DNA of 64,000 bases from positions 2,927,992-2,991,991 of the forward strand of contig OZ220748.1 of assembly GCA_965117035.1 (NCBI GenBank), read 5' to 3'. This document shows positions 57,176 to 64,000 of this stretch, piece after piece (the first letter of the stretch is position 1; each line of letters starts with the position of its first letter). Made by a program: the position numbers and the translations under genes. The notes beneath the pieces are model-generated. The model had not been told where the DNA came from. It saw only the letters and a list, made by a program, of their open reading frames with translations, and searched no databases. The DNA is from Dehalococcoidia bacterium. Its GTDB lineage: Bacteria; Chloroflexota; Dehalococcoidia; Lucifugimonadales; CAZENU01.

Positions 57176-58180
57176 TCAGGGCAGTCTCCGGAATACGGTG
57201 TTCGAGAGGGCCCGTTCCAGCAGCAGGATCGCCAGCGCCGGGACCAGGAACCAGGTCAGGACCTCTCTATACCGGATGAAGTTCTGGATCTCGACGTCGG
57301 ACTGTTCCAACGCGTTGATCTCGGCGTAGATGCCCCGGAGTTCCTCCGTATTGGTGGCGCGATAGTATCGTCCGTTGGCAATGGACGCGATCTGCCGGAG
57401 CGTCTCCTCGTCGAGCGGATTCTCCTGGGTCGCGCTCCCTGTGCCCGATGGGTCGGTCCGCGAGTCGCTCGTCTCGCCGCCGCTTCCCATTCCGATCGTG
57501 TACAGCCTGATGCCGACCGCCTCCGCCGCCGTGGCAACCGTTATGGGATCGAGCTCCCCCGCGTTGTTCACCCCGTCTGTGATCAGAGTGACGATCCTGC
57601 TCTCGGCGCTGGAGTCCTTCAGCATGTTCGCCGCGGTCGCCATTCCGCTCCCAATCGCCGTCCCGTCTTCGATCCTCATTTCCTCGGCAAGGTGGATGTC
57701 CCTGAGCAGGCGTTCCAGCGCGACGTGGTCCAGCGTGGGGGGACTCTGGATGAACGCCTCGCGGGAGAAGACCACGAGGCCGATGCGGTCGTAGTCCCGG
57801 TCCTCTATGAAGTCCGCGATGATCTCTTTCGCGGCGCCCAGCCTGTGCGGCGCGAAGTCCGTCTCGCCCATGCTCCCCGATACGTCCAGGGCTATGGCGA
57901 TATCGACGCCCTCGCCCCGGATGACCTCTCGCGCATCCGCCAGTTGCGGCCGCGCGGCGGCGACGACAACCAGCGCCAGCGCGAGAATACGCAGCACCGA
58001 GACGAGCGGGGTCAGCCGGAGGCGAAGCGACCTCCTGCTCACGGGAACCAGGCCGGTGTCCGCGTACCTCAGGGTTACCGGCCCCATTCGCCGCCTCCAC
58101 AGGTACGGCAGGACGGCCGGCGCGACGGCCGCCGGCAGCAGGAAGAGCACCCAGGATGACTGGAAGGTCAGGTCGCTCAC
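57176..58180 (-). CDS. batA: BatA-like vWA-domain membrane protein
   Basis: The MIDAS context is IAIALDVSGSM, with IVTLITDGVNN and IRLYTIGMG. TM helices are present at both ends. Confidence 0.75.
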   Translation of the reverse strand: MSDLTFQSSWVLFLLPAAVAPAVLPYLWRRRMGPVTLRYADTGLVPVSRRSLRLRLTPLVSVLRILALALVVVAAARPQLADAREVIRGEGVDIAIALDVSGSMGETDFAPHRLGAAKEIIADFIEDRDYDRIGLVVFSREAFIQSPPTLDHVALERLLRDIHLAEEMRIEDGTAIGSGMATAANMLKDSSAESRIVTLITDGVNNAGELDPITVATAAEAVGIRLYTIGMGSGGETSDSRTDPSGTGSATQENPLDEETLRQIASIANGRYYRATNTEELRGIYAEINALEQSDVEIQNFIRYREVLTWFLVPALAILLLERALSNTVFRRLP

Positions 58181-59232
58181 GTCTTCGCCTCCGGCCGGGC
58201 CGCTTCGCCGGCCCGGGGCCTCGTCCCCTCCAGGAAGCCACGAGCCCGGCGCAGGGCATCGTAGGCCTGGGTCTCCGGGGGCGTGTAAGCCGAGAACCTG
58301 CAGAGGTCCGCCTCGACGAGCAGGTCCACGACCAGACGCGCGTTGTCGCGGTCGAGCGAAGACTGCGAAATCGCGGCGCCGATCTCATCCGTCGTCATCT
58401 CCGTTGCGTACCGGTGAACCGAGTCCTCCAGGTACATCGCTCGCACGTAGCGCTGCATGGCGCCTGCCACCCGGGCGTAGTGCTCCTTGAAGCGGCCGGC
58501 TCCGGGCAGATCGAGCCGTTCCACCCGGTCGATTTCCTGGACCGCGATCTCCCACGGCGTTCGCGCATCGACAGCCGGGGTGGGCCGCGTCTCCCGGCCC
58601 TCGAGCCGGCGTCTGGCCACGTACGCCGAAACGGCCGCCGTGGCCAGGACGGCCGCGCCCGTCAGGGCGAACGCGGCCGAGCGTCTCCATGCGGGCGATG
58701 CGAGATCGGCCGGCGGGCGGATGTCCTTCAGTTCCTCGTCGGCTTCGGACAGGACCGAGTGCACCGTCATCCGCAGCGGTCGCGGAGACACCTGCTCGAC
58801 GCGGCCGTCCGGACCGCGGACGGCTATCGACAGGTCCGGTGTTTCGAAGGCGCCCGGTTCGAAGATCGTTGCCGTGAGCTGTTGGCTCGTCGTCTCCGTG
58901 CCGTCTCCGTTGGAGGCCGCGCGAGCCGTGGTCTGGGACGCTATTTCGAACGGTCCCCACTCGGGACCCAGGCGGGGAACGACGACAACGTGGCCCGCGG
59001 GGTGGGTCACCTGCAGGGTCATGGTGACCAGGTCGCCGACGGTCAGGGCGTCGCGGTCGGCTGAGAGGGAAGCTCGGACGCCGGCGGGAGAGCCTTCCTG
59101 CGCGGCGAGGGCGCCGGGCAGCATGGCGGCCAGGGCGGCGGCAACCGCCCAGAGGAGCCGGACCCCGGAGCCCGGAACGCGGCCGCCTAGGTTGCCCGTG
59201 CTTCGCACCGCCCGCTCGGCCAAGTACGACAC
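58177..59232 (-). CDS. Bat-operon membrane protein (position and C-terminal half resemble DUF4381-type proteins)
   Basis: It has a signal peptide, a beta-rich ectodomain, one TM segment (AAFALTGAAVLATAAVSAYVA) and a helical C-terminus (TTDEIGAAI...LLVEADLCRFSAY). Its stop overlaps the batA start. Confidence 0.5.
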   Translation of the reverse strand: MSYLAERAVRSTGNLGGRVPGSGVRLLWAVAAALAAMLPGALAAQEGSPAGVRASLSADRDALTVGDLVTMTLQVTHPAGHVVVVPRLGPEWGPFEIASQTTARAASNGDGTETTSQQLTATIFEPGAFETPDLSIAVRGPDGRVEQVSPRPLRMTVHSVLSEADEELKDIRPPADLASPAWRRSAAFALTGAAVLATAAVSAYVARRRLEGRETRPTPAVDARTPWEIAVQEIDRVERLDLPGAGRFKEHYARVAGAMQRYVRAMYLEDSVHRYATEMTTDEIGAAISQSSLDRDNARLVVDLLVEADLCRFSAYTPPETQAYDALRRARGFLEGTRPRAGEAARPEAKT

Positions 59233-59239
59233 GCTCCTC

Positions 59240-60127
59240 TCATCGCGACAGTCTCCGCAGCCGGCCGCTGAAGAACGATCCGACCTCGGAGATGTAGTCC
59301 CGCTCGGTCGTGACGCTGACGCGGTCTACTCCCGCGGCGGCGAACGCATCGCTCTTTTCCGCTTCCAGCCTCGCCACTCTCTCGGAAAAGTCCCGGCGCC
59401 ATCGTCTGTCGCCGGTGTCCACCCAGCGTTGCTGTCCGCTCTCGGCGTCCTCAAGGGCGACGATGCCCACGTCTGCCATCTCTCGCTCCATCGGATCGGT
59501 CAGGTCGAACGCCACGACGTCGTGGCGTCGGTTGGCGACCACCATCGCCTGGCGGTACGACTCAGGGTCGGCCAGGAAATCTGATATCAGGAATACGATG
59601 CTACGCCGCTTGAGGAGCACATAGGTCGTGTCGAGAGCGAGCCTGATGTCGGTGCGGGCGCCTTCCGGCTCGAAGGCCAGCAGCTCTCGCAGCATTCTCA
59701 GGACATGGCTTCGTCCCTTTGTCGGCGGTATCAGCAACTCCACCCTGTCCGTGAAGAGGAGCAGTCCAACCTTGTCGTTGTTGGTCGTGGCCGCGATCGA
59801 CATGACGGCGGCCAGCTCGACCGCCAGCTCGCGCTTGAACCAGTTCCTGGTGCCGAAATCTCCGGACCCGCTGACGTCGACCGCGAGCATGACCGTCAGC
59901 TCCCGCTCTTCGACGTAGCTCTTGACGTGCGGCTCTCCCGTGCGGGCGGTGACGTTCCAGTCGATACTGCGCACGTCGTCGCCGGGCACGTATTGGCGTA
60001 CCTCGTCGAACTCCATGCCCCGGCCCTTGAACACCGAGTGGTACTCGCCGGCCAGACCGTCCTCAACGAGCTGGCGAGTCCGGATCTCTATCCTCCGGAC
60101 CCTGGCGACCAGCTCGTTCGTCAGCAT
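59240..60127 (-). CDS. DUF58-family protein (MoxR partner)
   Basis: The start is taken at ATG 60127 (MLTNELVARVRRIEIRTR). The diagnostic block is GEYHSVFKGRGMEFDEVRQYVPGDDVRSIDWNVTAR. Confidence 0.85.
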   Translation of the reverse strand: MLTNELVARVRRIEIRTRQLVEDGLAGEYHSVFKGRGMEFDEVRQYVPGDDVRSIDWNVTARTGEPHVKSYVEERELTVMLAVDVSGSGDFGTRNWFKRELAVELAAVMSIAATTNNDKVGLLLFTDRVELLIPPTKGRSHVLRMLRELLAFEPEGARTDIRLALDTTYVLLKRRSIVFLISDFLADPESYRQAMVVANRRHDVVAFDLTDPMEREMADVGIVALEDAESGQQRWVDTGDRRWRRDFSERVARLEAEKSDAFAAAGVDRVSVTTERDYISEVGSFFSGRLRRLSR

Positions 60128-60128
60128 G

Positions 60129-61124
<996 letters not shown>

Positions 61125-61196
61125 GTCAGTAAAGAGGCTCCTGTACGAGTAGCCGGCCCACGAGCAAAGAATAATGTGGCGACAGTGTACCGAATC

Positions 61197-61616
61197 TCAC
61201 GCGGCCAAGCACTGCTGCCCGGGACTGAACTGCGCAGCGCTGTCCCATTCCGGACATGACTGAATCATCCCGCTGCCGAACGCGGCTTCGAGGGCTCTCA
61301 GCGTCTCGCGTCTGAAATCGTTCCAATCGCAGACGACAGGGCCAAAGGAGGCGGCGACCAACTGCTGGTCGTGCGGGGCTAGGGAGCTTGTCTCGCAGTT
61401 GATGGTTGACTTCAACTCCAGCACTACGTCGACGTCGCTGTCCCCACGGACATTCGTGTCGTTCCGGTACGAGCCCTGGAGACAGAAATCGTAGGTCATG
61501 CCACGCGGCCACTGGTAGCCATCCAGTGCCCGGCGAATGGCCTCATGAGTGCGCTTGGATGCTTCCTGGGGCCCGTGGTCGGACCACCCGCCGAGCTGAG
61601 ATTCCGGGATTGCCAT
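61197..61616 (-). pseudogene. SMODS/CD-NTase-like nucleotidyltransferase, N-terminal ~140 aa only
   Basis: FCLQGSYRNDTNVRGDSDVDVVLEL carries the G-S...D-x-D polymerase-beta-fold motif. The ORF stops before the region where the third catalytic Asp is expected, and no continuation exists in the other frames. It ends 72 nt upstream of moxR. Confidence 0.55.
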
Positions 61617-61841
61617 GCGTCTCCTCCCCGCCAGCGGTATGGTACCGCTTTGTGGTTATCCTTGGGCGGTGCAGCTGGCGTCGGCGGGATCAAGGCTCTC
61701 CGCGGTTGACCCGCGCGCACAACGCAGCGGGTATCGCGCAAGCTTCGGAGGCGGCGTATACTGCGGCCGTCCAGACTGCGGGACGCGGTCGTACACGAGT
61801 GCGGCTGAGGGTCCGCGTACGGGACCTGGAGGAGAACCCGA

Positions 61842-63371
61842 ATGCCCCTCACGAGACCTCTGCTGGAGTCCACGCTGTGGCGGGCCGCCGACATCCTGCG
61901 CGGCCAGATCGACGCCGCCGACTACAAGAACTACATCTTCTCCATCCTCTTCCTGAAGCGGCTGTCCGACCGCTTCGACGAGGAGGTGGAGAATGCGGTG
62001 AAGGACGGTGTCCCTCGTGACGTGGCGCTGAGTGACTACAGTGAGCACGAGTTCTTCGTCCCCGAGCTCGCCCGCTGGCCCGCCCTTACGGGCGCGTCGA
62101 TGAACCTGGGCGAGGCCCTGAACGTCGCCAGCCACGCCGTCGAGGAGGCCAACACACCCCGGCTGGACGGCGTGCTGGCCTCCACCAACTGGAACGACGA
62201 GTCGAAGCTCGGCAGCCCGGCCAACCGCGAGCGGATCATCCGCAGCCTGCTCAACCACTTCGGAAGCCTCGACCTCAGCGACGAGAACCTGCGGGAGGAC
62301 TCGGCCGGCGGCGGCAACGTCCTGGGCGACGCCTACGAGTACCTGATAGCCAGGTTCGCCGACGACGCGGGCAAGAAGGGCGGGGAGTTCTACACTCCCC
62401 GCCCGGTCGTGCGCCTCATCGTCGAGCTGCTTCAGCCTCGCGAGGGGATGCGCATCTGCGATCCGACCGCCGGATCGGGCGGGATGCTCATCTACGCGGC
62501 CCAGTACGTGAGTGAGCAGGGCGGGGACTCCGGCAACTTGGCGCTGCACGGCCAGGAGCGGAACCTGGGAACGCTAGCCATCGGCAAGCTCAACCTGCTG
62601 CTCCACGGGCTGCGCGCCGCCCGGCTGGAACCGGGCGACGTGATCGCGGAGCCGGGACTGGTCGACGGGCAGGGCAGGCTGCTCTCTTACGACCGTGTCA
62701 TCGCCAATCCGCCGTTCAGCCTGAAGAACTGGGGCCACGACTTCGCGCCCAACGACCCGCACCACCGCTTCGACCGCTACGGCGCCATCCCGCCCAGGAC
62801 CAGGGGCGACCTGGCCTTCCTGCTGCATATGCTCGGCGTAACCAGCTCCGACGGCATGGTTGGGGTGGTCATGCCCCACGGGGTCCTGTTTCGCGGCGGC
62901 TCGGAGGGCAAGATACGACGCGGACTCGTCGAGGCCGACCTGTTCGAGGCCGTCATCGGCCTCGCGCCCAACCTCTTCTCCGGCGCCAGCATCCCAGTCG
63001 CCATCTGCGTGCTCAACAAGGCCAAGCCCGCCGGGCGGCGCGGCAAGGTGCTGTTCGTGGACGCGGCCCAGGAGGGCGGCTTCCGTCCCGGCAAGGCGCG
63101 CAACTACATCGACCCGGAGCACATCGCCAGGATCGTCGAGACCTACCAGGCCTTCGAGGACGTGGACCGCTTCGCCCACGTCGCGGACGCGGAGGAGATC
63201 GAGGCGAACGACTTCAACCTGAACATCAGCCGCTACGTGGACACGACCGAGCCGGTGGAGGTGATGAGCGTCGAGGACGCGCTGGCGCAGCTCCGGGACG
63301 CGGAGCGGAGGCGCGACGAAGCCGTTGCTAAAATGGACGACCGTCTGGCGGAGATGGGCTATGCCAGGTAG
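61842..63371 (+). CDS. hsdM: type I restriction-modification system methyltransferase subunit
   Basis: The N-terminus is LWRAADILRGQIDAADYKNYIFSILFLKRLSD. Motif I is ICDPTAGSGGML and motif IV is VIANPPFSLKNWG. Confidence 0.9.
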   Translation: MPLTRPLLESTLWRAADILRGQIDAADYKNYIFSILFLKRLSDRFDEEVENAVKDGVPRDVALSDYSEHEFFVPELARWPALTGASMNLGEALNVASHAVEEANTPRLDGVLASTNWNDESKLGSPANRERIIRSLLNHFGSLDLSDENLREDSAGGGNVLGDAYEYLIARFADDAGKKGGEFYTPRPVVRLIVELLQPREGMRICDPTAGSGGMLIYAAQYVSEQGGDSGNLALHGQERNLGTLAIGKLNLLLHGLRAARLEPGDVIAEPGLVDGQGRLLSYDRVIANPPFSLKNWGHDFAPNDPHHRFDRYGAIPPRTRGDLAFLLHMLGVTSSDGMVGVVMPHGVLFRGGSEGKIRRGLVEADLFEAVIGLAPNLFSGASIPVAICVLNKAKPAGRRGKVLFVDAAQEGGFRPGKARNYIDPEHIARIVETYQAFEDVDRFAHVADAEEIEANDFNLNISRYVDTTEPVEVMSVEDALAQLRDAERRRDEAVAKMDDRLAEMGYAR

Positions 63372-63386
63372 GAGACTTGCTGGACC

Positions 63387-63623
63387 ATGCCGGTCATACT
63401 GAGGGAGGGTCCGTACCGGTTCTTCTTCTACGCGAGCGACCGGGGAGAGCCTCCCCACATTCACGTTGAACGGGATGACCGAGTCGCCAAGTTCTGGCTG
63501 GACCCGGTCAGGCTTCAAAAGACGGGCGGATTGAGGCGACATGAGATTCGCCGCATCGAGAGGATAGTCGAGGAGAACCAGGTTTCGTTCCTGGAGGCTT
63601 GGAATGAACGTTTCAACGCTTAA
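63387..63623 (+). CDS. DUF4160-family small protein
   Basis: The protein reads MPVILREGPYRFFFYASDRGEPPHIHVERDDRVAKFWLDPV. The F-Y-x-x-D/E-x-x-P-H-I/F-H-V pattern is typical. Confidence 0.75.
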   Translation: MPVILREGPYRFFFYASDRGEPPHIHVERDDRVAKFWLDPVRLQKTGGLRRHEIRRIERIVEENQVSFLEAWNERFNA

Positions 63624-63954
63624 GGTGAGTGTTCCGGAGGCCATGACGGTCGAGGTGACTGACGATACCTTGACCGCCGAGCTCTCCGACGGTCGGACCG
63701 TGTCGGTGCCGCTGTCCTGGTACCCCAGGCTCATTCACGCCACGCCGGAGGAACGCCAGGACTGGCGGCTGATCGGCGGGGGCGAGGGCATCCACTGGCC
63801 CGCCCTGGATGAGGACATCAGCGTGGAAATGCTGCTGGGCGGCTGGCCTTCGGGAGAAAGCCAGAGCTCCTTCAAACGCTGGCTGGAGGCCAAGCGGGCA
63901 GGACTTCCCGTGACCATCCACGAGATACGCCCCGCTGCGAAAGAAGAGAACTGA
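63604..63954 (+). CDS. DUF2442-family small protein
   Basis: The protein reads VEVTDDTLTAELSDGRTVSVPLSWYPRLIHATPEERQDWRLIGGGEGIHWPALDEDISVEMLL. It overlaps the DUF4160 gene by 20 nt. Confidence 0.75.
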   Translation: MNVSTLKVSVPEAMTVEVTDDTLTAELSDGRTVSVPLSWYPRLIHATPEERQDWRLIGGGEGIHWPALDEDISVEMLLGGWPSGESQSSFKRWLEAKRAGLPVTIHEIRPAAKEEN

Positions 63955-64000
63955 AGAGGACTGATGAGACCCGCAGGCGACAATGGAACGATACCCGATG

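Overview
This is a high-GC bacterial chromosomal window. The 16S gene looks Chloroflexota-like by eye, but that is only an inference. All domain calls were made by reading the translations, with no searches run. The window falls into eight blocks. (1) 1-11 kb is an IS-rich accessory stretch. It holds two decayed IS5-family copies, an rve-transposase fragment, an IS427-group element, an intact IS982 and a 368-bp MITE. Interspersed are a small exosortase/archaeosortase-like gene pair, malate synthase, a degraded GNAT and a frameshifted Na+/Ca2+ exchanger. (2) 11-17.7 kb is a metabolic block: an RraA-like protein, the RimK / DUF785-protease / M14-like triad, a phosphotriesterase-related protein and an LLM oxidoreductase. 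(3) 17.7-19.6 kb holds a 16S rRNA plus tRNA-Ala(UGC) with no 23S downstream. (4) 19.7-24.5 kb is a nested IS pile-up (IS66-family, ISNCY, a 51-bp mini-element, IS1380) that starts one base into the -35 box of the 16S promoter. (5) 24.9-34.5 kb holds transporters (ABC-2 pair, orphan RND pump, CPA2-CBS antiporter) and an oligopeptidase B-like protease. (6) 34.8-53.2 kb is the most unusual part, an island of exported eukaryotic-like repeat proteins. It contains an ANK-FN3 lipoprotein with a two-component system, a 2837-aa S8 protease-FN3x2-CARDBx16 protein and an ANK lipoprotein. These are followed by four consecutive genes that share one N-terminal zinc-ribbon/TM anchor module but carry unrelated C-terminal domains (DUF805, ANK, polytopic membrane, LRR+FN3). 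(7) 53.3-61.1 kb is a complete MoxR-DUF58-BatA-E operon. (8) 61.2-64 kb is a defence-type edge: a truncated SMODS-like nucleotidyltransferase, type I HsdM and a DUF4160/DUF2442 pair. No CRISPR array was seen. Most long antisense or alternate-frame ORFs in the track are high-GC artefacts.
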